Part shown: positions 27,962 to 39,481 of the stretch, in pieces
Position numbering within the stretch: the stretch's first letter is position 1
How the letters are laid out: each line of letters opens with the position of its first letter
From: Desulfuromonadaceae bacterium
Lineage (GTDB): Bacteria > Desulfobacterota > Desulfuromonadia > Desulfuromonadales > Geopsychrobacteraceae
Length of the DNA stretch: 39,991 nucleotides
Direction of reading: 5' to 3'
NCBI GenBank assembly: GCA_016744555.1
Contig: JADGED010000001.1
Location: forward strand, 8,265 to 48,255
Translations under genes and position numbers: made by a program
The notes under the pieces: generated by a model
What the model saw: only the letters and a program-made list of their open reading frames with translations
Databases searched by the model: none
What the model was told of the DNA's origin: nothing

Positions 27962-29329
27962 ATGCCCAAAATATTACTAGTTGATGATGTTGATCTTTTT
28001 TTAGAACTCGAGCGCTCGTACCTAGAAGGTTGTGATTACGACCTAGTAACCGCCTCTTCCGGTGAAGAAACGCTACAACGACTAGATAAAATTGCCCCTG
28101 ACGTCCTTTTACTTGACTACTACATGCCAGGGATAAATGGCGATGAAGTTTGCCGCGCCATCCGTAAAAGTGCAAAGTGGGCAAAACTATCGATCTTAAT
28201 GGTTACCGCCGCGGGAAAACCCGAAGAGGTACAATGCTGCCTCGATGCCGGTTGCGATGACTACATTACCAAACCGGTCAATAAGCAGGAGCTAAAAGAA
28301 AAAGTTGCCCGTTTATTAGGGACAGTTCCACGACGTACCTCCGAACGTGTAGCGGTAAAACTACCAATTCAGTTACAAGAGGGTGGCCGAATTCATAAAG
28401 TTACCGCTAAAGACATTTCTGCCAGTGGGGTCTATCTTAAATCGGCAACCAATTTGGAAGAAAACACCACTGTAGAAATGAAACTTGATGGTGCGCAAGG
28501 GGAAGAAATTTCGCTGTACGGCAAGATAAAGCGCTCTACCCAAAAGGACAAGGAAGGCTGTGGCGTCTATTTTATTTACCCAGATCAACACAGTAAAAAA
28601 GTCCTTGATCGATTAATCCGCAGCAAAAAAATTGACCAATTAAAAACCGATGGGGTAGATAAAAAACTCGTCCAACGCTTACAAACTCTGGAAAGTGAAT
28701 GTTCACAATTACGCACTAAGCAGGATGACGCCCTACGCCGGATTGGCGAACTTGAGCAAGAGAATCTAGATTTTGCCAACCAGCTGGTGCAAGTTGAAGA
28801 TGTTAATAACAACTTGACCAACCTCTATATTGCCTCTTCACGCCTCCACTCTACCCTTGACCGCAGCGAAACCTTGGAAATCATCAAAGAAGTAGTAATT
28901 AACTTTGTCGGCGCAGAAAAATTCGCCGTATTCCTATTTGATAAAAAGTCTAAACTACTAAAATTCGAAACTGGGGAAGGTTTTGATTCGGACGAATCAT
29001 TTGCCGATATTCCTTTAGGCGAGGGAGTTCTAGGCGAAACCGCTAACAGCACCGAAAACTACTTCCATCAAGGTTCCATTAGTGCTGGCTCCGACGACAT
29101 AAACGCCCCGATCGTCGCCATTCCGCTAATAATCCATGAACAAATGATCGGTATTCTAGCAATTTACCGCCTCTTTATCCATAAAGAGCAGTTGGAATCA
29201 ATCGACTATCAGTTGTTTTCTATGCTGGGTGAACATGCTGCATCGGCACTGTTTTCTTCGACTTTATATGGCCATTCGGAACGCAAACGCCAAACTTATC
29301 AAGGTTTTGTAGATCTACTCCTTAAGTAA
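27962..29329 (+). CDS. REC-PilZ-coiled coil-GAF signalling protein
   Basis: REC (LVDDV, LLDYYMP, TKP), PilZ (RTSER, DISASG), heptad region, GAF (GEGVLG, IVAIPL, IGILAI); AGGAG RBS. Confidence 0.85.
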   Translation: MPKILLVDDVDLFLELERSYLEGCDYDLVTASSGEETLQRLDKIAPDVLLLDYYMPGINGDEVCRAIRKSAKWAKLSILMVTAAGKPEEVQCCLDAGCDDYITKPVNKQELKEKVARLLGTVPRRTSERVAVKLPIQLQEGGRIHKVTAKDISASGVYLKSATNLEENTTVEMKLDGAQGEEISLYGKIKRSTQKDKEGCGVYFIYPDQHSKKVLDRLIRSKKIDQLKTDGVDKKLVQRLQTLESECSQLRTKQDDALRRIGELEQENLDFANQLVQVEDVNNNLTNLYIASSRLHSTLDRSETLEIIKEVVINFVGAEKFAVFLFDKKSKLLKFETGEGFDSDESFADIPLGEGVLGETANSTENYFHQGSISAGSDDINAPIVAIPLIIHEQMIGILAIYRLFIHKEQLESIDYQLFSMLGEHAASALFSSTLYGHSERKRQTYQGFVDLLLK

Positions 29330-31172
29330 CTGGCAGCAACAACCCTTGCCCAATCGCAAAGTCTAACAGCTCGGCTGCTAATTGTGGCGAAAGCCCCTTA
29401 CTAAGTTGCTGGCGAGTCTTCCCTTCACGCGCTTGCAGCAACAGTGCAGCAAAATCATCGTCCAACTCCTCAACAATTACCTCGCCCTGCTGACGCAGAA
29501 AAATCACTTGTCCGGGCACCTGGTTTAGTTGACGGCAATCTTTTGCCGTCACGTTATTAGCTACTGCTGCCAAATCTTCCAACAGATAACTAAAAGATTG
29601 GATCACCACCCGAGGATTTAATTCCCAGCGCTTCTCTTTGCCTTCCTGCCGTTGCACCGGCAAACAATCATCGGCCAATAAAGTAGATGCACAAAGAAAG
29701 TGGAAGTTGATTAAGTCGGTAGCAAAAGCAACCAGCTTCGCTAGCTTCTGATTTTGCAGTTGCTGAGCAACAAATTGTTGCTGTAACAACAAAATCTCAT
29801 GCGGCCGCCAATTTTCAACAGCAAGAATACTTTCTGCATCCTGACCTTCCTGCTGCAACAACCAATCACAAAAGTTTTGCAAAAAGACACTAGGTACTAA
29901 CTTTAATATATTACACAGTGGGATAAAAAACCCAACTGCCCTGCCACGATTATAAAAAATATCAGTTGCAGCCGCAAGCAAAGCACTTTGTTGTAGCTCT
30001 TCTTCTGAGTAAGTTAGGTTTTTTTGCAACAAATAAGGTGGCTGCGTATCTCCAACTATTCCAAACTGTTGCTGCCGCACGTACAGTTCTGTCCCTGGCA
30101 AAACCGCCAAAGGGAAAATATCGACCTGATTGGGCTGTAACTGTAAAGCATAATCTATGCTACGGCAAAAACCGGCATGGTTATCACCTGGCAGACCATA
30201 AATCAAATCGAGGCCGAAGGTTATTCCAGCACGACTCATTTGCTGTAATTGCTGTCGCATCTGCTGCGCTTGCAACTTGCGGTGCAGCGGCAATAGCACC
30301 TCCGCAGTCGCAGACTGCAAACCAATCTGCACCGAACAAGATAGTTGTGCAAGAAGGTCAATCGTTTCATCGTCAAGAAAATCGGCTTTAGCTTCAATGT
30401 GATAATGGATCTGCGGCGCTAGCTCCAATAACATCTGCAATAATTGCTTTCCCCGCTGAGGAGGCGAATTAAAGGTGGAATCGAGAACCCACACCTGCCC
30501 TACCTGCTGCTTAGCAAAAAGCTTAAGCTCTTGACGTAAACGCTCAACCGGAAAGGGACGGACCCCTTGATGCCCTTTGGCATCGTAACAAAAAGCGCAA
30601 TTAAACTGACAACCGCGTGCCACCTCCCAGAGCACACCACAATCTTTCTGCAACGGTAGCTGCTCCGTCAACCATGGCGAAGGCAGTGATGCAAGATCTC
30701 TACAAACGGCAGCTGTGGGTAATTTTTCTTCCTTACCACCTGCCGATAAATAACCCTGCACTCCAACTGTCGAACGCTTTTCAATTAACCGGCTAATTAA
30801 ATCGGCAAACGCTACTTCACCTTCGCCGCAAAAGATGCCATCAAAGCCACCTTCAACAATCAACCTTTGACTATCAGCGCTAGCTTCAGGGCCACCAGCT
30901 ACAACCGTTAGTTCTGGACAATCGCTCCGCAACCTATGAACAATAGACAAAACCTGAACACGGTTCCAGGCATATAGAGGGAAAGCAATAATAGTAGGAT
31001 TAAAGCTAAGGATTTGGCGACACAACTGCTCTATATTAACTTCGGGGAAAAGATCAATGAGGTCGGTTTGTTGCTGTAAGCCGGCTGGCAAGCACGCTTT
31101 TATGCATCCGGCAGCAAGTGGTACAGCTTGTGCTGATGGGCGCACATGCATGGTTGCAATCAAGATATGCAT
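29322..31172 (-). CDS. B12-binding domain radical SAM protein
   Basis: N-terminal cobalamin-binding fold (VAGGPE, GEGE), RGCQFNCAFC, QIGLQS, DLIYGLPGD, LPGT. Confidence 0.9.
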   Translation of the reverse strand: MHILIATMHVRPSAQAVPLAAGCIKACLPAGLQQQTDLIDLFPEVNIEQLCRQILSFNPTIIAFPLYAWNRVQVLSIVHRLRSDCPELTVVAGGPEASADSQRLIVEGGFDGIFCGEGEVAFADLISRLIEKRSTVGVQGYLSAGGKEEKLPTAAVCRDLASLPSPWLTEQLPLQKDCGVLWEVARGCQFNCAFCYDAKGHQGVRPFPVERLRQELKLFAKQQVGQVWVLDSTFNSPPQRGKQLLQMLLELAPQIHYHIEAKADFLDDETIDLLAQLSCSVQIGLQSATAEVLLPLHRKLQAQQMRQQLQQMSRAGITFGLDLIYGLPGDNHAGFCRSIDYALQLQPNQVDIFPLAVLPGTELYVRQQQFGIVGDTQPPYLLQKNLTYSEEELQQSALLAAATDIFYNRGRAVGFFIPLCNILKLVPSVFLQNFCDWLLQQEGQDAESILAVENWRPHEILLLQQQFVAQQLQNQKLAKLVAFATDLINFHFLCASTLLADDCLPVQRQEGKEKRWELNPRVVIQSFSYLLEDLAAVANNVTAKDCRQLNQVPGQVIFLRQQGEVIVEELDDDFAALLLQAREGKTRQQLSKGLSPQLAAELLDFAIGQGLLLPVT

Positions 31173-31180
31173 AGAGCCTC

Positions 31181-31735
31181 TTATTTACTTAAGCTTACTT
31201 TTATACGTGGTTTTCCATCACTACTATCAACACTGAAAGATACTTCACGATCACCATAACGACTGCGAAGCTTTTCTCGTTGCACCGCAAGGAAGCTGGC
31301 TATTTTTTCTGCGCTGGGAGCGCCTGCCGACAAACCACACGACGTCCGCGCCTTACTCAGCTCTTGCTGCAATTTGGCCGCTTCATCGCTAGAATCTGCT
31401 CGCTTGGCAGAAACAGGTGAAGCTTTAGTGGTAGGCGCCTTCAATTTACTAACGTGACGATGGTACTTACCTTCATCCATCAACCGCAAAATTCGATCCC
31501 AATGCTGCCCGTAAGACATGAATCGTGATGCCATCCCCTTATAACGAAACTGAAGATCGGTCCAAACAATATGACGGTTAGTAAACTTGCGCAGAAGGTT
31601 AGAAATATCCCTGCGCTCATTCATCGGCTCGCGCCGTTCCATACCGGCAAAATATTGCTCATAACGAATTTCCAGATCCTTAATTCGCTTCTGGATATCG
31701 TCTAATTCTTTTGCTAACTGGCGGCGCTCATCCAT
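31181..31735 (-). CDS. Conserved deltaproteobacterial protein resembling the MXAN_5187 C-terminal domain
   Basis: YEQYFAGMERREP, W..ILR.MDEG and the C-terminal VSFSVDSSDGKPRIK pattern, recognised from memory. Confidence 0.65.
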   Translation of the reverse strand: MDERRQLAKELDDIQKRIKDLEIRYEQYFAGMERREPMNERRDISNLLRKFTNRHIVWTDLQFRYKGMASRFMSYGQHWDRILRLMDEGKYHRHVSKLKAPTTKASPVSAKRADSSDEAAKLQQELSKARTSCGLSAGAPSAEKIASFLAVQREKLRSRYGDREVSFSVDSSDGKPRIKVSLSK

Positions 31736-31852
31736 TTATCGGCTCTCCTTCAAAAAAAGGACTATACGTCAGCGAAGCGAAAATGTAAATAATCGTCAAT
31801 TTTTCTAGCTACATCGTAAGATTTCAGGCCGCCTTTTCCCCTCTATTTTTGC

Positions 31853-31882
31853 TTGACAGATCACTATCAAGTTATATATAGT
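31853..31882 (+). promoter_or_regulatory. Sigma-70 promoter of rplU-rpmA
   Basis: TTGACA (31853), 18 bp, TATAGT (31877), then GC-rich discriminator CGCCCG. Confidence 0.7.
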
Positions 31883-31941
31883 CGCCCGTTGCAGCGCAAT
31901 ACCTGCGTTCGCATTTATACTTCGATAGGAGAATCATAACA

Positions 31942-32250
31942 ATGTATGCGGTGATCAAGACCGGAGGCAAACAGTACAAAGTTTCCGAAGGCGACCAGTT
32001 AAAGGTCGAAATGCTTGACGGTGCAGTGGGTGATACCATTGAACTAGATCAAGTCCTCATGGTCGGTGGCGCAGAGGTTAAACTCGGAACACCTCTCGTA
32101 CCAGGTGCTAAAGTAAAAGCACAGATCGTTGCTCAGGAGAAAGACAAAAAAGTTCTTGTCTTTAAATCCAAGCGACGCCAAGGGTATCGTAAGAAATTCG
32201 GCCACCGTCAACAAATTACCCGACTTAAAGTCGCGGCAATCGAAGCTTAA
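31942..32250 (+). CDS. rplU: 50S ribosomal protein L21
   Basis: [14 protein letters not shown]...GHRQ. Confidence 0.98.
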   Translation: MYAVIKTGGKQYKVSEGDQLKVEMLDGAVGDTIELDQVLMVGGAEVKLGTPLVPGAKVKAQIVAQEKDKKVLVFKSKRRQGYRKKFGHRQQITRLKVAAIEA

Positions 32251-32261
32251 GGAGGCATCTC

Positions 32262-32516
32262 ATGGCTCATAAGAAAGCTGCCGGTAGTACCAGAAATGGT
32301 CGTGATAGTGCCGGTAAAAGACTTGGAGTTAAACGTTTTGGTGGTGAGGAAGTGTCTGCCGGTTCTATTTTGATACGGCAACGTGGTACCACTTTCCATC
32401 CTGGAACCAACGTCGGTTGTGGCAAAGATTACACTTTATTTGCCCTAATTGACGGCGTAGTCAAGTTCGAAACCAAAGCACAAGGGCGAAAGCACGTCAG
32501 CGTTTACACTGACTGA
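32262..32516 (+). CDS. rpmA: 50S ribosomal protein L27
   Basis: [16 protein letters not shown]...RQRGT. Confidence 0.98.
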   Translation: MAHKKAAGSTRNGRDSAGKRLGVKRFGGEEVSAGSILIRQRGTTFHPGTNVGCGKDYTLFALIDGVVKFETKAQGRKHVSVYTD

Positions 32517-32538
32517 TTTGTTTTGTCATGATTAACTT

Positions 32539-32581
32539 AAGAGCCCGGTATCGCAATTGCGGTGACCGGGCTCTTTCGTTT
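32539..32581 (+). terminator. Rho-independent terminator after rpmA
   Basis: AAGAGCCCGGT...ACCGGGCTCTT followed by TCGTTT. Confidence 0.8.
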
Positions 32582-32609
32582 AAGCTATTTTATTACCCAA
32601 AAGGGTTAG

Positions 32610-33623
<1,014 letters not shown>

Positions 33624-33696
33624 ATCAATAGCCTTAACAAATTGGTTTTGAACTGTGCAAAAGCAGCAGTTTAAGACCTGTTGACAAGTAGGAACT

Positions 33697-34848
33697 ATGC
33701 GTAAATCGTTACTTGCCCACGTTAAAAGGGTAGTTGTAAAAATAGGAAGTGGTGTAATTTCCAACGGCGACGGTTTGGAATCTGCTCGACTTAGCGCGGT
33801 TTCAACTGATATTTGCCGTCTCCTCGACCAGGGGCTAGAAGTTATCCTTGTCTCCTCAGGTGCGGTAGCTGCAGGCAAAGGACAGCTCGGCATTACTGGG
33901 CGTCCGCAAACTATCCCCCAAAAACAGGCGGCAGCGGCAATTGGACAAACACAAATTATCCGCGAATACCAAGAGGTATTTCAAGCCTCAAAGCATAACG
34001 TTGCCCAAGTTTTATTGACCAGAGACGACCTATCCAACCGGCGCCGTTACTTAAACGCTAGAAACACAGTAATGACTCTGCTTGAATACGGTATCACTCC
34101 AATTGTTAACGAGAATGACACCGTTGTAGTCGCAGAAATTCGCTTTGGCGATAACGACAACCTTTCGGCTCTGGTCACTAATTTAGCCGACGCCGATCTC
34201 TTAATCATCCTTTCCGACGTCGATGGTCTATACGACAGTGATCCCAACGAAAACTCTGATGCACAATTGATTCCGGTAGTAGAAGAGGTCACCCCTGAGA
34301 TTGAAGAAATGGGGGGAAAAGCAAGCTCCAATATTGGCACCGGGGGGATGAGCACTAAATTAAAAGCGGCAAAACGGGCAGCCCTAAGCGGGGTTGGCAC
34401 ACTAATCGTTAATGGCCGCAGCGAAAACATCCTCGGCCAAGTTTTTGCCGGCGACGATGTTGGCACCTACTTCTTGCCAGCTCATTCACGCCTCACGGCA
34501 AGGAAACACTGGATAGCTTTTTCCAAACGCCCAAGAGGTAAATTATTTATCGATACTGGCGCACAAAATGCGGTAATAAATGCGGGTAAAAGCCTCTTAC
34601 CGGCGGGTATATGCGGCGTGGATGGCGGTTTTGAGCGTGGCGATGCCGTCCGCCTGTGTGATCGCAATGGAGAAGAATTTGCCCGGGGCATAATTCGTTA
34701 CTCGTTAACTGAAACCCTGCAAATAATGGGTAAACAGTGTGATGAAATCGAATCAATTTTAGGTTATAAATACCGTGACGAAATTATTTGTCGTGACGAT
34801 CTAGTATTAACAACGGATGAAAACGAAGAAGAAAAGGAGATGGATTGA
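33697..34848 (+). CDS. proB: Glutamate 5-kinase with PUA domain
   Basis: [36 protein letters not shown]. Confidence 0.97.
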   Translation: MRKSLLAHVKRVVVKIGSGVISNGDGLESARLSAVSTDICRLLDQGLEVILVSSGAVAAGKGQLGITGRPQTIPQKQAAAAIGQTQIIREYQEVFQASKHNVAQVLLTRDDLSNRRRYLNARNTVMTLLEYGITPIVNENDTVVVAEIRFGDNDNLSALVTNLADADLLIILSDVDGLYDSDPNENSDAQLIPVVEEVTPEIEEMGGKASSNIGTGGMSTKLKAAKRAALSGVGTLIVNGRSENILGQVFAGDDVGTYFLPAHSRLTARKHWIAFSKRPRGKLFIDTGAQNAVINAGKSLLPAGICGVDGGFERGDAVRLCDRNGEEFARGIIRYSLTETLQIMGKQCDEIESILGYKYRDEIICRDDLVLTTDENEEEKEMD

Positions 34849-36104
34849 TGACTATCGATAAAGAGATGCTAGTACTGGCAACAGCAGCGCGAGAAGCCTC
34901 TCGGCAGGTGGCTAATCTATCTTCTGGGATTAAAAATGAGCTATTAATCCAGATGGCTACGGCACTAGAACAAAATAGCACCAAGCTGCAGAGTGAAAAT
35001 GAAAAAGACCTAGATAGCGCTCGCAAAAGTGGTATGGCCGCAGCAATGGTTGATCGCCTTGCACTAACCCCTGAGCGGATCACAGCTATGGCAGATGGAT
35101 TGCGTGAGGTCGCTTCACTACCAGATCCAGTCGGCGAAGTAACCGGCATGTGGCTTCGCCCCAATGGAATTAAGGTTGGCAGACAGCGTATCCCACTAGG
35201 GGTCATTGGCATTGTTTATGAGTCACGTCCAAACGTTACCGCTGATGCTGCGGGCCTATGCCTAAAAAGTGGCAATGCCGTAATTTTACGTGGTGGCTCC
35301 GAAGCTATCCATTCTAATCGCGCTATTGGCGAAATACTGCAACAGGTATTACAAGCACAGGGTCTACCAACCGCTGCCTTGCAGGTAATTACCACCAGTG
35401 ATCGAAATGCCGTAACTGAACTATTAAAGCTGGAAGATCAAATTGACCTGATTATTCCACGTGGCGGCGAAGGGTTGATTCGCTTTGTCTCAGAAAATTC
35501 TAGAATCCCAGTTATCAAACACTACAAAGGGGTTTGTCACACCTACGTAGATGCCGCTGCTGACTGTAAAATGGCGGAAGAGATTTGCCTAAATGCTAAA
35601 GTGCAGCGCCCCGGTGTTTGCAATGCGATGGAAACCTTGTTGGTCCATCGCGACATAGCCGCAGAATTCCTCCCCCAAATCAATACCGCCATGGCCAAGG
35701 CTGGAGTCGAACTGCGTGGTTGTGAAGCGGCACAGAAACTGATTGCCGATATTGTCCCAGCAACAGAAGAGGACTGGCATGCCGAGTACCTCGACTTGAT
35801 CTTGGCCGTACGCATTGTAGACAACTACGAACAAGCCCGTGACCACATTGACACCTATGGCTCACTCCATACCGAGGTAATTGTTACTAACGACTACCAA
35901 TTGTCACAACGGTTTTTGAGCGAAATCAATTCTAGCGTGGTAATGGTCAACGCCTCTTCACGGTTTTCCGATGGCAACCAACTGGGCCTCGGTGCCGAGA
36001 TTGGCATTTCGACCACTAAGTTGCACTCATTCGGCCCCATGGGTCTAGAGGATCTGACCACCAGAAAATTTGTCGTCCTCGGCTCGGGACAAATAAGAAA
36101 ATAG
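34848..36104 (+). CDS. proA: Gamma-glutamyl phosphate reductase
   Basis: [38 protein letters not shown]; TGATG overlap with proB. Confidence 0.97.
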   Translation: MTIDKEMLVLATAAREASRQVANLSSGIKNELLIQMATALEQNSTKLQSENEKDLDSARKSGMAAAMVDRLALTPERITAMADGLREVASLPDPVGEVTGMWLRPNGIKVGRQRIPLGVIGIVYESRPNVTADAAGLCLKSGNAVILRGGSEAIHSNRAIGEILQQVLQAQGLPTAALQVITTSDRNAVTELLKLEDQIDLIIPRGGEGLIRFVSENSRIPVIKHYKGVCHTYVDAAADCKMAEEICLNAKVQRPGVCNAMETLLVHRDIAAEFLPQINTAMAKAGVELRGCEAAQKLIADIVPATEEDWHAEYLDLILAVRIVDNYEQARDHIDTYGSLHTEVIVTNDYQLSQRFLSEINSSVVMVNASSRFSDGNQLGLGAEIGISTTKLHSFGPMGLEDLTTRKFVVLGSGQIRK

Positions 36105-36105
36105 G

Positions 36106-36165
36106 CACAAGGTTCAAGGATCAAGGAAAAAGGTTTACCCCTTGTGAACCTTGATCCTTGAACCT
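36106..36165. repeat. Intergenic heptamer-built inverted repeat
   Basis: CACAAGG TTCAAGG ATCAAGG AAAAAGG ... CCTTGAT CCTTGAA CCT; perfect 17-bp arms at 36110-36126 and 36149-36165. Confidence 0.8.
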
Positions 36166-36178
36166 CAAAAGGCTTTCT

Positions 36179-36817
36179 ATGCGTATTGGACTCCTTGGCG
36201 GCACGTTTAACCCAATTCATTGCGGCCACCTACATATAGCCGAAGCGGTATGGCGCAACTGCAATTTAGACCAAGTTTGGTTTATCCCCACAGCGACACC
36301 TCCCCATAAAGAACTAGCCGGAGCAATTAGCTTTATCCACCGCTTAGCGATGGTAGAAGCTGCCCTTACTACCTATCCACAGTTTTACAGCTGCGACGTA
36401 GAAGGAAAACGTGGTGGGATAAGTTACTCAGTTGAAACCCTGCAAGAGTTGCGGAACATATACCCACAACACGAGTTTTATTTCATTATGGGATTCGACT
36501 CTTTTCAAGAAATTGCAACCTGGAAAAATTATCCGCAACTGTTTGAATTTGCCCACATTGTAGTTACTGCCAGACCTGGTTTTTCAGGCTCACTACAAGA
36601 AACCCTACCGGTTGCTATCGCAGACCGCTTCTGCTATGATTCCGACTCGAAAAACCTTCTATTTGACAATGGTTTTTCACTTACTTCGGTGGCCTATACA
36701 AATCATGATGTTTCATCCACCGAAATCCGCCAGAAACTGGCAAAACAATTAGACTTAATCGAACAAGTACCAACAGCGGTTATTGACTACATAAGGGCAA
36801 ATCAGCTCTATTTGTAA
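36179..36817 (+). CDS. nadD: Nicotinate-nucleotide adenylyltransferase
   Basis: GGTFNPIHCGH, PPHK, IMGFDS, SSTEIR. Confidence 0.95.
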   Translation: MRIGLLGGTFNPIHCGHLHIAEAVWRNCNLDQVWFIPTATPPHKELAGAISFIHRLAMVEAALTTYPQFYSCDVEGKRGGISYSVETLQELRNIYPQHEFYFIMGFDSFQEIATWKNYPQLFEFAHIVVTARPGFSGSLQETLPVAIADRFCYDSDSKNLLFDNGFSLTSVAYTNHDVSSTEIRQKLAKQLDLIEQVPTAVIDYIRANQLYL

Positions 36818-36851
36818 CATTTTATAGCACCATCATCAGCTAGGATTTAAA

Positions 36852-37211
36852 TTGCAAACCATAGACACAGCACTAAAGGCAGTCGAATATGCCCTCGATA
36901 AAAAAGGGATCGATATCAAGCTTCTTGATGTCCGCGAGGTCTCATCCTTAACCGATTACCTGCTAATAGTTTCTGGCCGCTCTGATCGACAAGTTCAGGC
37001 AATTGCCGAAAACATTAAAACAGAATTTAAAAGCCAGCACTCTATCCAACCATTAGCCGTTGAAGGTATGGACAAAGGGCGCTGGGCATTACTCGACTAT
37101 GGTGAAATCATGGTGCACGTATTTCAACAACCAGTACGTGAATTTTACGACCTTGAAGGGCTATGGTCTGAAGCCCCTGAAGTGGAATTAGAACAAACCG
37201 AAAATCCATGA
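36852..37211 (+). CDS. rsfS: Ribosome silencing factor (Iojap/YbeB)
   Basis: DKKG.DI, RQVQAIA, WALLDYG, REFYDLEGLW; TTG start. Confidence 0.95.
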   Translation: MQTIDTALKAVEYALDKKGIDIKLLDVREVSSLTDYLLIVSGRSDRQVQAIAENIKTEFKSQHSIQPLAVEGMDKGRWALLDYGEIMVHVFQQPVREFYDLEGLWSEAPEVELEQTENP

Positions 37212-37681
37212 AATTTCGCCTAATTTGTGTTGGCAAGCTCGCTGAAAGCTGGCAACGCCAAGCAGCTGAAGAGTATATAAAGCGAGTTCAACGCTACTTC
37301 CCCCTCGACTTGATAGAACTAAAAGAAGAAAAAGGGGGGCGCAAAAGCGACACAAACAGGATAATCAAAGCTGAAGGAGAACGAGTCCTTGCAAAGGTTC
37401 CAGAAAAATCGTTCTTAATCGTCCTTGATGAAAATGGCCGCAACCATGGATCGGAACATTTAGCCCAACTCCTCTCGACTGAGATGGTACAGGGGGGGCG
37501 AGACTGGTGCTTTGCAATTGGTGGCCCCTATGGACATGATCCAGCAGTGGTAAAACGGGCCAATATGGTTTTGTCATTATCCAAAATGACATTTACCCAC
37601 CAAATGGCAAGGATCTTACTACTCGAACAACTTTATCGCAGTTGCTCTATTATTAACAACGAACCATATCACAATCGATAA
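37208..37681 (+). CDS. rlmH: 23S rRNA (pseudouridine1915-N3)-methyltransferase
   Basis: IGGPYG, LSLSKMTFTHQMAR, EQLYR, PYH. Confidence 0.96.
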   Translation: MKFRLICVGKLAESWQRQAAEEYIKRVQRYFPLDLIELKEEKGGRKSDTNRIIKAEGERVLAKVPEKSFLIVLDENGRNHGSEHLAQLLSTEMVQGGRDWCFAIGGPYGHDPAVVKRANMVLSLSKMTFTHQMARILLLEQLYRSCSIINNEPYHNR

Positions 37682-37708
37682 TGGGTTTACGGAGGTGGAT
37701 TTAAACCA

Positions 37709-38062
37709 ATGAACGAAGAAGAAATAACAGAAGCGAAGGCGCATCTTTTACAGATGCGGGAAGAAGTATTGGCCGAATCTGAGCGCGCTTACGAAGCTTC
37801 TCAATCACTTGGTAAAGATGGTGTTCCAGATATCGGTGACATGTCCTCAAATAGTTACAATCAAGAAGTATTGATGAACTTGAGCGAAACTCAACGATCC
37901 CGAGTACGCGATATTGATGCTGCCTTGGAGCGAATGGATGAAGGAGTTTATGGACTGTGCATGCGCTGTGAGGAAGAAATTGCTCAACGCCGAATGGAAG
38001 TCCGCCCTTTTTCACGTTATTGCATTGACTGTAAAACAGAAGTTGAACAATTTGGCGAATAA
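37709..38062 (+). CDS. dksA: TraR/DksA family transcription factor
   Basis: Coiled coil with DIGD tip, YGLCMRC...RYCIDC zinc finger. Confidence 0.85.
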   Translation: MNEEEITEAKAHLLQMREEVLAESERAYEASQSLGKDGVPDIGDMSSNSYNQEVLMNLSETQRSRVRDIDAALERMDEGVYGLCMRCEEEIAQRRMEVRPFSRYCIDCKTEVEQFGE

Positions 38063-38108
38063 AATAACCCTGTAACCCAGACGCTTTTGGGTCCACTTGG
38101 AGATAGTC

Positions 38109-39479
38109 ATGATTCTAGTTGCAATGTTGGTATTAGCTTTTATTGTTTTTGCCGTTGGGTTTTTATATTTCTGGGGCGTCAACCCCGGCGATATTACAGT
38201 ATTTTTGACCAGCGACATTAGTTACACTCTACCAGCAGCCATCATGCTGATTTGTGTATTATTAATTGGGTTACTAATTGGTAATAGTCTCCATTTCCTT
38301 AGTGCTTTTTTCTACTCTTTCAAACATTGGAAAGGTGGGAGAAGAGTCAAAAAAGGGGAAGAGATTGGCTCAATTTACCGCAGTGGTGTTGGCCGTTTAC
38401 TTTCTGGCGATTTGAAAAAAGCACGCATCCTGCTAAAAAAGGCCCTTGATCGCGACCCACGTAGAGTTGATGTATACCTTGCCTTAGCTAGCGTTGCCCT
38501 GCAAGAAAACAATATTGAAGAAGGTATCGAGCTACTTAAAAAAGCTCGCAAGCTCGAGCCAAAAGGGATCGAGGTTCTATTTAAACTCGCAACAACATAT
38601 GAAGCGAATGACCGTCGTGATGAGGCTATTGCTATCTATCGTGATCTCCTCGAAGATGACGGTAACAATCGTAAAGCGATGCGAGCATTACGTGACATTC
38701 AAATGGACCTTAACAACTGGCAAGAAGCTCTAGACCTTCAAAAAAACATCATCAAAATAACGAAAACTGGTGCTAAAGCTGAAATAGAAAAGCAGGAATT
38801 ACTCCAATTACGCTATGAAGTTGCCCATGCAAAGCTTGAAAGTGGCGAGCCAGACCAGGCCATTGAAACTTGTCGCGATATCATTAAAAAATCGTCACAG
38901 TTTACCCCAGCCCGTGTAACCCTTGGTGATGCATACCGTAAGCTAAACCGTGACAACGATGCCGTTAGAGTCTACCAAGAGGGCTACAAAACATTAAAGA
39001 AAAGTATTTTTCTTGCCCGCTTAGAAGATTTCTATATCAATGCCGAAGACCCAGCGACACTATTGGCATTCTACCGCAGCCAAATGGAAGTTGATAGCGA
39101 GGACCTCCTCCTTAAACTCTATCTAAGCCGCCTCTGCTTGCGGTTGGAAATGGTAGATGAAGCGATTCAGCACCTAACTGACCTAGAGACATCTGGGGTT
39201 GATTTCACTACTTTACACTTGCTATTAGCTGAAGCCCATCGCCGTCGTAACAACACCGATGATGCTGTTGCCGAATACCAAAAAGCCCTGCAGATCGATA
39301 GCCACTTACTCCTTGGATTTATCTGCAACAACTGTGGCTCCAGATTTACCGAATGGCATAGTCGTTGTCCTGACTGCAAAACCTCGGACTCACTTACGTT
39401 GCCAGAAAGAAAATATATCCAAGCAGCCAAGCTCTACAACGGCCCTAAAGCTATTCCGCACGCAGCACAAGGGAAATAA
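38109..39479 (+). CDS. Membrane-anchored TPR protein with C-terminal rubredoxin-like motif (LapB-like) and a LapA-like N-terminus
   Basis: Two N-terminal TM with an NP..I.V loop, multiple TPRs, CNNCG...W..RCPDC. ATG 38109 follows GGAG. Confidence 0.8.
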   Translation: MILVAMLVLAFIVFAVGFLYFWGVNPGDITVFLTSDISYTLPAAIMLICVLLIGLLIGNSLHFLSAFFYSFKHWKGGRRVKKGEEIGSIYRSGVGRLLSGDLKKARILLKKALDRDPRRVDVYLALASVALQENNIEEGIELLKKARKLEPKGIEVLFKLATTYEANDRRDEAIAIYRDLLEDDGNNRKAMRALRDIQMDLNNWQEALDLQKNIIKITKTGAKAEIEKQELLQLRYEVAHAKLESGEPDQAIETCRDIIKKSSQFTPARVTLGDAYRKLNRDNDAVRVYQEGYKTLKKSIFLARLEDFYINAEDPATLLAFYRSQMEVDSEDLLLKLYLSRLCLRLEMVDEAIQHLTDLETSGVDFTTLHLLLAEAHRRRNNTDDAVAEYQKALQIDSHLLLGFICNNCGSRFTEWHSRCPDCKTSDSLTLPERKYIQAAKLYNGPKAIPHAAQGK

Positions 39480-39481
39480 GC

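Noticed and set aside
33644-33678. G-U-rich hairpin between obgE and proB as a regulatory RNA
   Set aside because: Short, no riboswitch or T-box motif and no U tail; function cannot be supported.
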